Assembly (NCBI GenBank): GCA_964016885.1
Contig: OZ024762.1
Coordinates: 2,976,001-3,040,000 of the forward strand
DNA from: Eledone cirrhosa
Taxonomy: Eukaryota
Length of the DNA stretch: 64,000 nt
Reading direction: 5' to 3'
Shown here: positions 14,727-27,208 of the stretch, in pieces
How the letters are laid out: every line of letters starts with the position of its first letter
How positions within the stretch are numbered: the first letter of the stretch is position 1
Program-made: the position numbers and the translations under genes
Notes under the pieces: generated by a model
Database searches by the model: none
The model's input: the letters and a program-made list of their open reading frames with translations, nothing else
What the model was told of the DNA's origin: nothing

Positions 14727-15812
14727 AATTATCGTATAGGTAATCCAGTTAGAGGTTGTGAAAACTCTGTATTGTGGATAGTTTTAGCGTACGGCGTTGT
14801 TTGACTCAACAAGAGGTTTTCTAAGTAGCGAGTTTGTGAGTTCTCGGGAATTCCTATGCAGGTTAATCTTGGAGTAATAATAGTGAAAGAGTGAAGAATA
14901 ACATGGTCAACAGTATAAAACTGTTTTATTTACAGTATTAACAATTCTTTCATTGATTAAGTTGTCTGAAAATTGCTAATCACTTGAAGTTGTGTCACTC
15001 AATTTTAAATACAATGTATGCTTAACCAAATCATCAGAAACTGATTAAAATTATATACGGCGTTTGTAATATACTAGGAAAATTCAAATGACAACATCAG
15101 TAATAAAGAAAGAAAAGGACAAAAAGAAAAAGAGAAAGAAAAAGAATAAAGAAAAAATAATAAAGAAATAATAATAATTAAGTTAGAATGAAGATGATAA
15201 AAAATAAAATAAAAATGTTTTATATGTGTGCGAAGAAAAGTGAACATAATATGATTGTTGAAAATAGTTGTGGTGTTGGTGGTTAAAATATAAAGATGTG
15301 ATGGTATAAACATGAAAATACTAAATATATACATATATGTATTGGTTAAATTAATAAATTAATAAATTGGAAGTTATGTTAGAAGTGAAGAGAATACGAT
15401 AGGATATAATGTAAGAGGTGAAATATTTATATTTTAACCACCAACACCACAACTATTTTCAACAATCATATTATGTTCACTTTTCTTCACACATATATAA
15501 CATTTATTTATTTATTTTTTATTATCTTCATTCTAACTTATTTATTATTTATTTTTTTATTCTTCTTTATCTTTTTTTCTTTTTCTCTTTTCTTTTTTCT
15601 TCTTTCTTTATTACTGATGTTGTAATTTGAATTTTCCTAGTATATTACAAACACGGTATATAATTTTAATCAGTTTCTGATGAATTGTTTAAGCATACAT
15701 TGTATTTACAATTGAGTGATTAGCAACTTTCAGACAACTTAATCAATGAAACAATTATTAATACTGTAAATAAAACCCTTTTGTACTCTTGACCATGTTA
15801 TTCTTCACTCTT

Positions 15813-15817
<5 letters not shown>
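14720..15817. repeat. Inverted repeat of about 400 bp (14880-15300 vs 15420-15817); rearranged third copy at 27811-28200
   Basis: Direct reverse-complement comparison. (TA)n flanks. Confidence 0.8.
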
Positions 15818-15902
<85 letters not shown>

Positions 15903-16006
15903 CATATATATGTATATATACATATATATGTATATATACATATATATGTATATATACATATATATGTATATATATATATATACATATATGTATATATATA
16001 TATACA

Positions 16007-16069
<63 letters not shown>

Positions 16070-16108
16070 ATATTAAATAAATGGAAACTATATTTATAAA
16101 ACCATATT

Positions 16109-16171
16109 TATTTTATTATATATATTTCAAGAGTACCAAAACACTTTGGTACGCTTTCTTCAGATAAAATA
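16109..16171 (-). ncRNA. Type I hammerhead ribozyme (family A)
   Basis: Reverse complement tattttat-CTGAAGA-aagcgtaccaaa/gtgt/tttggtactctt-GAAA-tatata-TA-ataaaata. Confidence 0.8.
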
Positions 16172-16660
16172 CAAAGTTTGTTTTATAAATAGAGACATAC
16201 CCAGGAAAAACATACCTTATCAGTTGGATATTCTCATATATATATTTGTGTGTGTGTGTCTGTGTGTGTGTGCGTGCGTGTGTGTGTGTGTGTGTAAATA
16301 TTGTATATAGATATATACTTCTCTTTTTCTTTATAGAGAATGAGCTGATTATTCCTGGTACATCTTCAGATGAACATCAACAACAACAACAGCAACATGT
16401 GTTAACGAAATTGTAAATTGTTAACGAAATTGCAGTGAGAGACCAATGGGTGGTATAAAATAAATGATATTTATTTAAGATAGCAAATGAAATAAGTCAA
16501 AATATAGTAGGTGTGACTGTGGTTGGTGTGGCGTATATATACCCCGTCAGTTGACCGTGATTACCAATGTATTGTATATATATATATATATACATACATA
16601 TATGTATTGTATATATATATACATACATATATATATAAATATACATACATACATATATAT

Positions 16661-16786
16661 ATTTCTGAGGACGGCATGTATATGTGAAGGTATGTATATT
16701 TCCTCTGATAATTTGTAATATTTTTACATAGATCTATATGATATACATACCAACACACATATACATCCCAGAAACGATCGTAAAAT
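16661..16786 (+). ncRNA. Hammerhead with extended (about 100 nt) stem II (family B)
   Basis: attt-CTGAGGA...GAAA-cgatcg-TA-aaat. Homologous to 28346-28481. Confidence 0.55.
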
Positions 16787-17173
16787 GATGAATTTTTTAA
16801 TATAAGGAACTTGTTCTTTGTTTTTATTTCATTGTTTTTATTAATTTATCTTGACTTTTTTTCCTATGATTTTTATCGAACATTTTTGAATGTATCTTCT
16901 CTTTTCATGATATCTTCTATATTTGGATTACATTGAGTTCTTCATACGGATTGGACTCTACCGTATATTTTGGTAGATTTATCTACATATATATATATAT
17001 ATATTTATTTATTAAAATAACAGATTAAAGTTTAAGCAAAGAATCGCTGCTTTCACGCTTAACGGGATCTTCTTGCTTAAACTTTAATCTGTTATTTTAA
17101 TAAATATTTGCTCTATGGTTTTTATTTATTTGATCTATATTTATCCTTATCGAGCCCTCTTTCGATTTTAGTG

Positions 17174-17204
<31 letters not shown>

Positions 17205-17562
17205 TTGTGAAGAAACACATGGTGAAGGGCTGTGTGTTACTGGATAAAGTGTATTTATAAATAGGAGGAAAGCAAGAACGTTGTCTGCTGGAGATCATGG
17301 TCATTTTACTTATTAAAGACAAGATATATAGCTTCCTTTCTCTTGCACTACTACACCTGCTTCTCGTGCTTCCCTCTTCGGTATGTTTTTTCCGAATTTT
17401 TCGGTTTTTTCTTTCTTTTTATCCCTTCTGTTACATTTTTTTCTCTATCAATTTTCCCCAATAACTTATTTTAGATATTGACGCACTGGAGCTAGACATC
17501 TTGTCCATGATCTCCAGAAGACAACTGATGAAGGGAAATTATCCCGCCCTCGTTCAAGCTTT

Positions 17563-17590
<28 letters not shown>

Positions 17591-17602
<12 letters not shown>

Positions 17603-19623
17603 ATACATACTTGCCCCTTAGGTAATACTTACTTAACCAAAGACATCATCTACTCATGCACCGTCAACGCAAACAACTCTTCTAAAACATATTGGCTCTA
17701 CTTCGAGCTGCTTCAAGACGAGATACAACTCGCACCTACACTCTTTCAAAAAACACAATCTACCCAACTCCACTTCTTTATCTAGCTACGTACACTCTCT
17801 GAAAACTAGGAATAGACCATTTACACTTCAATGGGAAGTAGTAGGTAGGGCCACATCGTATAAACCACCGAATAAATTGTGTAATCTCTGTCGTCTAGAG
17901 ACCCGTACTATAATCGTTTCGAAACTAGACCTCCTAAATAGAAAGTCAGAGATATTTTCCTCGTGCCAACCACTACCGACACTCGTTCCATAACTTTAAA
18001 CCTATCTGCTAGTATATAACAATGTCAGATTTGAATTCCTCACCACCATTAATACTTCACATCTAGGACTTATCAGCCCTCACAGCAACACACTCTTTGA
18101 TCAGCTCTTTCCTCTACACAACTCCTATTTATCTCTAACCTTATACTTTACAATAACTGTTAGAATTAAGCATAAAGTTACCAGCTTTCGATATAACTAC
18201 TATAACTTAATTATATTATATACAGTAATGGATATATAATAGGTAGAGACATTTAATGTAATATGTAATAATAAATTATATATACATTTATAATTGAATA
18301 TTTAAATTAATAGCATTTATATAAGGGATTTACTTTTAACACAATATGATAATAATAAAGTATATATACATTCATAATTAAATATATAAAGTAATAGCAT
18401 TGTATATAAGGGATTAACTTTTAACACAATAATGTATATTATTACACAAATGATCTAACTATTTGGACATGTAAACAGCTATACAATTTTCCATAACATA
18501 TATCTTGTCCAGTAATGGATAGATAACAATCTAATGAGACCTTTAATGTATTATAGGAAAATACACTGTATTTAAAATTCAGTATAAATATATAACATTA
18601 TGTAATAGAGATTGTGGTGGTGGAGTGGCAGTATCGGTAGAGAGTCGGAAGCCATGCTTTCCAGCATAGTTACGTCCCTTTACGGTCTGAGTTCAAATCC
18701 CGCCGAGGTTTACTTTGCCTTTCATCCTTACGGGGTCGATAAAATAAAGTACCAGTAATGCACTGGGTAATTGCTGGCCTTGTGCCAATAGTAGAAACAA
18801 TTATGTATTAGAGATTCACTTGTATCACATTATAATGTGTATTAGAGCAAAGAATTTAAATAATTGAATTTAATTAGCTAGTTACCTTCCCTTACGCATT
18901 AGCTCCCCTTAATCTTAGATCTCATACTCACTTCCGGAAATTAAACCGTTGGAAAAACTACCTGTTGAACAACTCTAATCCATGAATAAGAATACAATAA
19001 GACTAATTTACAATCCATTGCTGTAACTAACTTAAAACATACAATATAAACGTTAACTAAAATATAATTCAACATATGTAATGGAAAGGACTACAATAAC
19101 TTTGATTTTCTCAACACACACAAATTCGAACACTATCAACATACTACATCCACCATAGATTTTAATACATTAACACATTTGCTTACCATAGAGTATTTAT
19201 TTATCTATATGTGCATAATACCTTTGCTTATTTCCTTCTCATATATATGACTAATGCATGTGCACTTTCTACACGCTTGCATATGTACTGTTAATGTACT
19301 CATTCTTTCTCAATGCTTCTTTCTCAATGCCTCTTTAATTATTAGACTATTCTCTTGTATTATCTGTCGCATGTATTCCACTCTGTGCTTTTGAATTATT
19401 GTATAATTCTCGTATAATATATGTCGCATCCAGTACACCCCGTAAATACGAAACTGTTGCTCACAACATCAATATATATGTATCTATATGATTGTTCAGT
19501 TGAATAGGAGGTTAATTATATGTACAAACATTGATAATGCTCCGATGACTCCAAACGAAAGTTTGGAAGAAACGATTGTCAGCTATGAAATGATTTGAAC
19601 ACAACTTTGATAATTGTCTAATT

Positions 19624-19625
<2 letters not shown>
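17591..19625 (+). mobile_element. 5'-truncated Penelope-like element: decayed C-terminal GIY-YIG endonuclease (about 17612-17990), long 3' region, terminal HHR; SINE inserted at about 18615-18803
   Basis: Translation across one frameshift: CPLGNTYLTKDIIYSCTVNANNSSKTY/GSTSSCFKTRYNSHLHSF..STSLSSYVHSLK..LQWEVVGRATSYKPPNKLCNLCRLE..LLNRKSEIFSSC. Bounded by (TA)n on both sides. Confidence 0.8.
19539..19583 (+). ncRNA. Type I hammerhead with one core mutation
   Basis: gct-CCGATGA-c-tccaaac/gaaa/gtttgga-a-GAAA-cgattg-TC-agc. Confidence 0.7.
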
Positions 19626-19669
<44 letters not shown>

Positions 19670-20448
19670 GAATATAATAAAGAGATAAACAGATATATAC
19701 ATATATGTGTTCAAATCGTAAGGTACCAGATTCGCTAGGGTGAATAGAATACTAACTATCAAAAATAGTGAGTATCCTATTCTTTATTATATTGAATTAT
19801 ATTACACGGCCCGGAAAATTTTTTTTCTTTGAGCTATTTAATTTTTGAGTTTCTAACTCAATATATACTTTTGATATATAAATATAAATTTGTTGTGCAA
19901 TGTTTTTGATGTGGAATAGTGTGTTGAAACAAATATATTTGAGGAGGGTCATATTGTTATAATATTGCCAGAAATATATAAACCAATCCAAAGCAAACAG
20001 CGAGTGTGTTATATTTGGAGAGAGTCATGTTGTTATAATATTGCCAGAAATATATAATAAAACAATGTGTGAGTGTATGCGTGTGCGTACGCACGCCTGG
20101 GGGAGGGTGTATGTTTGTAAAGAAGCGTTAGGAAAAATTAGGTTTCCTTTCAAATGGAAATGAAATCAGAAAAAATAATTATTAAAGAAAAATATATCCA
20201 ACTCTTAACACAATTATAACACACTGAATATTACTAACACGTTAATCCAAGAAAACTTTTGGTCACAATATACTGTTTTCCGCCATATTGGTTGCGGTAT
20301 AAATGATGAAAATTCAAAAGAAACATTTTTTTTTTATTTAAAAACCCCCAAAATGAAATAAAATAAAAGACGACTCAGTCAGTCGCTTTTGTTGTGGCTG
20401 TTGCCGGATTAAAATTTTGTAAATTTTAATATTAAACCCAGTGTTTCA

Positions 20449-20492
<44 letters not shown>

Positions 20493-21045
20493 TTGTTTTT
20501 TTTATATAGTTTATTTTCAAAAATGTTTTTCTCTGCTTTTTGTTCATTGTAATCTTATGTTATTTTATTTCTATCTTATTTAATTTATTTTTAAAATTTA
20601 TTTTTGTTAATGTGTAATTTTATTTTATTTTATTTTTATTTCATGTAATTTATTTTTAAAATTTATTTTACACAGAAAACATGGCACAATAATTCGCCAT
20701 TCAAAATTATCTCTGATAATGTCAGATCATTTGAAAATATGTATTTTTTTCTGATGCTCTTCACAGTATTTTCTTAATACGACATCATCACCATCACCAT
20801 CACCATCACCACCATCACGGTCATCGCCATTATCATCATCATCATCATCGTCGGTTTATAAGTTTTTTTTATCTTTTCTTAATTTATACTTATTTTATAA
20901 CCCTTGCAACAAGAAAGAGTTTTCACCGAAATGCTATCATCTTTCTCTTCCTCTTCCACACCATCATCATCATCATCATCGTCGTCATTATCGTCCTCGT
21001 TGTCGTCATTATCATCATCATCATCATTAGCGTCTTCATCATAAT

Positions 21046-21684
21046 AATTGTTTCTACTTTTGGCACAAGGCCAGCAATTATCCCAGTGTATTACTGGTAC
21101 TTTATTTTATCGACCCCGTAAGGATGAAAGGCAAAGTTAACCTCGGCGGGATTTGAACTCAGAACGTAAAAGGGCCGTAACTCTTCGCAGCAAAGCATGG
21201 CGTCCGACCCTCTACCGATACTGCCAATCCACCGCCATTCGTCATAATAATAATAATGGTTTTTGATTTAGGCACAAGGCCAGCAATAAGAAGGGAAGGA
21301 GAAAGTCGATTAAATCGACCCCAGTACATTACTGGTGCTTTATTTTATCAACCCCGTAAGGATGAAAGGCAAAGTTAACCTCGGCGGGATTTGAACTCAG
21401 ATCATAAAAGGCCGTAAAAGACTGTGAAGCATGTATATCCGACGCTCTACCGATTCTGCCAATCGAGCACCATAATAAATAAATAAATAATAATAATTGG
21501 TTCTACTTTTGGCACAAGGCCAGCAATTACCCCAGTGCATTACTGGTACTTTATTTTATCGACCCCGTAAGGATGAAAGGCAAAGTTAACCTAGGTGGCA
21601 TTTGAACTCAGATCGTAAAGGACCGTCACTCTATGCTGGAAAGCATGGCGTCCGACCTTCTACCGATACTGCCAATTCACCGCC
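21046..21684 (-). mobile_element. Three head-to-tail SINE family 1 copies
   Basis: Copies at 21046-21236, 21255-21472 and 21496-21684, separated by (TAA)n. Confidence 0.9.
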
Positions 21685-21711
21685 TAAATAATAATAATAA
21701 TAATAATAATT

Positions 21712-23305
21712 CCTTGCCCTGATACCCCTGACCATTATATTGCGAAAAGTGAGAGCAGGATACAAGTTGGGGAAAAGGAGAGCTTACCATCAACCACCTC
21801 CTCTTCATGGATGATCTTAAACTCTTTGGGAAGAGTGAGAAGGAGTTGGATGTACTTGTTAACACTGTCCGTATTTTCAGCAATGATATATGTATGGAAT
21901 TTGGTATTAATTAGTGTGGAGTTCTAGTGATGACGAGGGGTAAATTGAGCAGAAGCAACGGAATCCAGGTACCAACAGGTGAGATGATAAAGGAAATTGA
22001 CACTGAAGAAGGATACAAATATTTAGGTGTTATGGAGGCAGATGACATCAAGAACAAAAAAAAATGAAGGAATTGATAAGATCTGAGTACATTAGGAGAG
22101 TAAGGAGCGTATTAAAATCACGTCTAAATAGTAGGAATGCCATAAGTGCAGTGAATTCCCGAGCTGTGTCTATTATTAGGTACAGTGCGGGAATTCTGAA
22201 ATGGAATGTTGCTGAACAAAAAGAAATGGATAGGAAGACTAGGAAGCTATTGACTATCTACAACATATTCCACAAGAGGAGTGATGTCGATAGACTCTAC
22301 TTAAAGAGATCTGAAGGTGGAAGAGGTCTTATCAGCATAGAGGACTGTGTTCAGATGGAGAAAAACAACCTGCACAAATACGTGACCGACAGCAGGGAGC
22401 CAATGCTTAGAATTGTACTGAAGGAGAGAACAATAGACCAGGGGATGTCCAAGGAGGAAGACCAACCTTCATGAAAAATCCCTTCATAGTACCTTCTTTG
22501 AGAAAACTGAATTTAAAGATCCACAGACATGGAACTGGTTAAAAAGAGGAGACCTTAAAAAGGCTACAGAAGGAATGCTAATGGCTGCGCAAGAGCAGGC
22601 CCTCAAAACGAAGTGAGTGAAACACCATATTTACAAGGAGGAGGCTAGCCCACTGTGTAGGATCTGTGGAGAGAGAGAGGAGACTGTGGCTCACATTGTA
22701 TCCGAGTGTAAACACGTAGCCCAGACTCACTATAAAAGCTGGAGACATGATGTGATCGGCAGGGTGATCCACTGGCACCTATGCAAAGTAAACAATTTAC
22801 CACATTCTGAGAAGTGGTATGAGCATAAGCGAGAGGCGGTGATAGAAAACGATCAGGTGAAGGTGCTATGGGATTTTAGGATACAGACGGACAAGAAACT
22901 GGAACACAATAGACCTGACCTGGTGGTTTTGGACATGGAAAAAAGATCATGCCTGATTGTAGATGTGGCCTGCCCATTCGACACGAGAGTGCAAGAAAAG
23001 GAGAGGGAGAAAATTAACCGATACCAGGACTTAAAGTGGGAGGTAAAAAGGATTTGGAAGTGCCATGAAGTCAGAGTCGTCCAGATTGTCATAGGCGCAC
23101 TAGGTACTATCTCAAAAAGTTTCCAAGGATGGTTAAAGAAAGTTAGCCCAGCCCCGCTCTTTGGAACACTTCAAAAGGCATGCTTGCTGGGAACAGCAAG
23201 AACCCTCCGATACGTCCTGAATATCTGAGGCTGCAGGTAGTGGCTTGATATTCATTTCAACAAACTTTCCAGTTAAATAACATCAATGACTGAGACTCAA
23301 AGAAC
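21712..23305 (+). mobile_element. 5'-truncated R4/Dong-like non-LTR retrotransposon (RT C-terminus, CCHC, restriction-like endonuclease), pseudogenised
   Basis: INHLLFMDDLKL, YKYLG, RSEGGRGL, CRICGEREETVAHIVSEC, RHD, NRPDLVV..DVACP, KINRYQDL. Contains stops and frameshifts. Flanked by (TAA)n. Confidence 0.9.
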
Positions 23306-23514
23306 AACAACAATAATAATAATAATAATAATTGTTTCTAATTTTGGCACAAGGCCAGCAATTATCCCAGTGTATTACTGGTACTTTATTTTATCGGATG
23401 AAAGGCAAAGTTAACCTTGGCGGGATTTGAACTCATAATAATAATAATAATATCAGCTGTAATTTTCTTCCAGGATTATATAGTTGTTTTGTTTCATTTC
23501 ATTTTTGATTTCAT

Positions 23515-23520
23515 TTTATT
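23515..23520 (-). terminator. Candidate AATAAA polyadenylation signal of the GPCR
   Basis: TTTATT on + strand about 45 nt past the stop codon. The AT-rich context makes a chance match likely. Confidence 0.3.
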
Positions 23521-23561
23521 TTGATTTAATTTAAATTCTGGCATCGAAGAAAAATGTTTCC

Positions 23562-24896
23562 TCAAAGAACGCTGTTTTGAAGTATTTCTTTATTATCAGA
23601 GGTTTCACCTGTGCCATTTCCAATATTTTTGAAATTAGATTTTTCACTTTCAACGTTCGTTTCTTTTTCTGCTTGAGCAAATGTATTTTCTACCTTGATG
23701 ATAGTGTTCTGTTGTTTTGTCAGCTGTTGCATTTCATAGGCTTGGCATTCATCTTCGTCAAATTTCGTTACTTCCGTACATTGGTTGTTTCGAATACCCA
23801 TGCTGTTCTCTGTTGCTAGAGATTTACTCACGTCAGTTTTTGATGCACATTTAAATGCTTTCGAAAAGCTTTTTCGAAAATTTTCGCTAAGAAAATTGTA
23901 GAGGAAAGGGTTCATCATGCTGTTAGCTAATGTTAGTAAAGTAAACACATGAAATGCGGTAATTCCAGCTACATTTGCTTTCCAGAAAGGTGCCTTGGCA
24001 ATTATTATGATCTGTAGTGTCCAATATGGCAGCCAACATATCATGTATACTCCGATAATGGCGAGCACCATTTTAGTGACTCTACGGGTAGATTTTTTCT
24101 TTTCTTTCTGTTTATTTGCTGGGCCTAGTTTACCAAGGCGTATTATAACCATGATGTAGAAGAAGGATATCAGTAGCATTGGAATGGCGTAGGAAAAGAA
24201 AAAACAGTACCATATAAAAGCTGTGGACCCACCGAAAACGTTGTTCTGGGGCCAGTCTATGGTACACATAATATCAGTTTTATTAGGTTTATATGAAGTT
24301 GTGGTGTAGAGAAACGTAGGCAGCATAGTCAATATGGAAGCTAGCCATATACATAGGCATAGAATAAAAGCGAGTTTCGGTGTCCGGAGAGATACTGATT
24401 GTACTGGATGACACACGGCCATGTATCGATCTGCGCTCATTATGGTCAATGTAAAAACCCCTGTGAAATAATTAATAGATACCAAGATCATATATATCTT
24501 ACACATGACGTAGCCAAAAACCCAGGATTTCAATATAGCTGTGGTGATTAGAAATGGTAAACTCATTAAGAAGAGCACATCAGTCACTGCCAAATTTACG
24601 ACGTACATATTAGTAACGGTTTTCATTTTCGAAAACACTGTAACGACATAAATAACCAAGCAATTGCCTGCAACACCAGCCACAAATACGAGCCCGTAGC
24701 AAATTATCAACACAAATAGAAATATGTGGCTCAGAAATGTATTCGGTTGTATTTTCCGTTCGGTAAAATTTCGATAGAACTCAAGACCTTCCGTAAAGTT
24801 TTCTGTGGAATTCCCCAAAAATAGAAGCCATGGCGATAAAGATTTAGAATCGAAAGAATCTTCATTGAAAAGGGTTAAATTACCTTCGAAATTCAT
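23562..24896 (-). CDS. Class A 7TM neuropeptide GPCR, allatostatin-C/somatostatin(-opioid) receptor-like, single coding exon, about 444 aa
   Basis: Open ORF with 7 hydrophobic segments. Motifs: GNCLVIYVV, MKTVTNMYVVNLAVTD, MSADRYMAVCHP, CWLPYW, NSMMNPFLY, and the helix-8 FLSENFRKSF typical of SSTR/AstC-R. N-terminal NxT glycosylation sequons. First ATG is at 24896 (the track start 24914 is TTG). Confidence 0.93.
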   Translation of the reverse strand: MNFEGNLTLFNEDSFDSKSLSPWLLFLGNSTENFTEGLEFYRNFTERKIQPNTFLSHIFLFVLIICYGLVFVAGVAGNCLVIYVVTVFSKMKTVTNMYVVNLAVTDVLFLMSLPFLITTAILKSWVFGYVMCKIYMILVSINYFTGVFTLTIMSADRYMAVCHPVQSVSLRTPKLAFILCLCIWLASILTMLPTFLYTTTSYKPNKTDIMCTIDWPQNNVFGGSTAFIWYCFFFSYAIPMLLISFFYIMVIIRLGKLGPANKQKEKKKSTRRVTKMVLAIIGVYMICWLPYWTLQIIIIAKAPFWKANVAGITAFHVFTLLTLANSMMNPFLYNFLSENFRKSFSKAFKCASKTDVSKSLATENSMGIRNNQCTEVTKFDEDECQAYEMQQLTKQQNTIIKVENTFAQAEKETNVESEKSNFKNIGNGTGETSDNKEILQNSVL

Positions 24897-25187
24897 CTTG
24901 GAATAAAGAAACAATTAATAGGAATTCTCAGAAAGATAACAAGATATAATATATTTCTCGCACGTCAAAATAAGGTAGATAATAAATATATTTCTATAAG
25001 TTTAGAATGTCAAATATACTTGCGCTAAATATATATTAACTATCAATCTATGAATATATATTATATATATGTATATATATTTGTATAATTTTATAATCTG
25101 TTTTTAGACTACAACTGAATGAATAAATTAAAACAGCATGCGTCCTTCAACGAAAATAGAATTCCATTCAATACACACATACACACA

Positions 25188-25252
<65 letters not shown>

Positions 25253-25608
25253 TTATTTGTTTGTTTCTTATAATGTTTTTGTTGACGAGAAAGGGAAATC
25301 AATCGATTAATTCTTTTTCTTCCCTCTTTAGATTACACGAGGTTCCCAGAGTTGCACAAACAAGATGGATGATCTGCTGTAAATTAGTGACTTCATAAAC
25401 CTTGCCACTTCGGTATCATGTCAGTTATCAGTCTTCTGGGATCGATAGAGGCGTCTGCAATAGTAAAAGAAAAGAATTCAGAGGAAGGAAATAGAATACG
25501 ATCGTTATAATGCAATACAATATTTTAATGAAGTGTATGTAACATATATACATAGATTTCAAAGTGTTCCAGACACACACACGCTCACACACACACATAT
25601 ATATATAT

Positions 25609-25685
<77 letters not shown>

Positions 25686-25863
25686 CATATACATACACAT
25701 ACATATACATACACATTTTTTTTCCGAGATCCATGGACGAGTTCTCTCCAGCGGTCTCTGTCACTCATTATCGCTGCCATGTCCTGCGTCTCCAACAGAC
25801 CAGTGTATATATATATATACAATGATATTAAATAAATGGAAACTATATTTATAAAACCATATT

Positions 25864-25924
25864 TATTCTATTATATATATTTCAAGGCTACCAAAACTTT
25901 GGTACGCTTTCATCAAATAACATA
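25864..25924 (-). ncRNA. Degenerate hammerhead (family A)
   Basis: Homologous to 16109-16171, but the core reads TTGATGA and stem I is mutated. Confidence 0.5.
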
Positions 25925-26384
25925 CGAAGTGTGTTTTATAAATTTTGACATAACCAAGGGGAATATACCTTAACGGTTCAAGTTATCCCTGGATAGTGAA
26001 GGGATAAGAGAAGAAAAGTCAGATATTTCAAATTATTAAGATGAGTATGCAAATGAGGTTTAGGTAAAAGGGCTGAAAAAACGTTATTTTAGACGCTATG
26101 GAGAATTTAAATAATTATGTGTTTGTATGCGTAGGAAAGAAGGAAAAGGAAGAAGAGCTAACATTTACGTTAATTTTGGGGAAAAAAGTGGAATATGATT
26201 CCAGAGTTTCAATTTAAATTTATTTACCTATATTATGAGTTATAATATTGTATATATATAATCAATTAGATTATATGACGAATTATGTTTGTAAATATTT
26301 TTATCTTATTACATTACGATAGGTTATATGTATATAAATATATATATATTAATAATTGCGTATTGTAATTGTACTGTTCGTTCA

Positions 26385-26770
26385 CTATTTCACTCATCTC
26401 TTGGGGATTCTCGGTTAATGAACCGTCTGTATGGAAGAGTGGCCCAATCTTGCAGTGTACCGAGGCAGTTTCTTTTGCAAATTAAAAGAAGGCCTTAGGG
26501 TTTGTTTTAATATTTTTTATGGCCCTGCTTTCTTTGTTCGCTCTCTCATTTTCATGGGAAAGATTGAGTGCAATCTCGATGTCAAGTAGTGCACGTTTCA
26601 AATAAGATGCCTTCTTGTTTTTGATTTCTTGTTGTGCATTCAACTGGTTTGCGAGCTTGGTTCTTCGTCTCATAAGTATTTCCTATCTCTGGGAATAAAA
26701 ATGTTGTGTCCGTTGGCCTTTTTCTCTGGGACAAACTTTTGGTATATAGTGTGTATCGTTGTCATGAAGT
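26385..26770 (-). mobile_element. LINE fragment (EN-RT linker, CR1/L2-like)
   Basis: FIPRDRK..RRRTKL..AIKNIKTNPKAFF. Confidence 0.5.
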
Positions 26771-26978
26771 GTATATATATATATGTATATACATATACGT
26801 ATATATATATGTATATAGATATACGTATATATATATTTATATACACATGTATATACATATACCTTTATATATTATATGTATATACATATACGTATATATA
26901 TGTATATACATATACGTATATATATATGGATATACATATACGTATATATATATGTATATACATATACGTACACATATA

Positions 26979-27164
26979 TATAGATGAGATTCTACAGGAC
27001 TAGAACTGTTTCATTCATTAGAAATCATCAGGGATTCCTGATGATTTCTAATGAATGAAACAGTTCTAGTCCTGTAGAATCTCATCTATATTCAAACTGT
27101 TATACTCTGCTATGTATTGAGTACCTTACTTACTGTGGTTACCTCCGATTCAACCCGGAATAAC

Positions 27165-27167
<3 letters not shown>
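26979..27167 (+). mobile_element. Second copy of the 6464 family, palindrome plus HHR (27031-27083)
   Basis: Near-identical to the reverse complement of 6464-6659, with a different palindrome centre. Flanked by (TA)n. Confidence 0.75.

Positions 27168-27208
<41 letters not shown>

Noticed and set aside
24897-24914. Track start of the GPCR ORF (MFLYSK)
   Set aside because: TTG start is a prokaryote-style call; the sequence looks like a polypyrimidine tract/acceptor.
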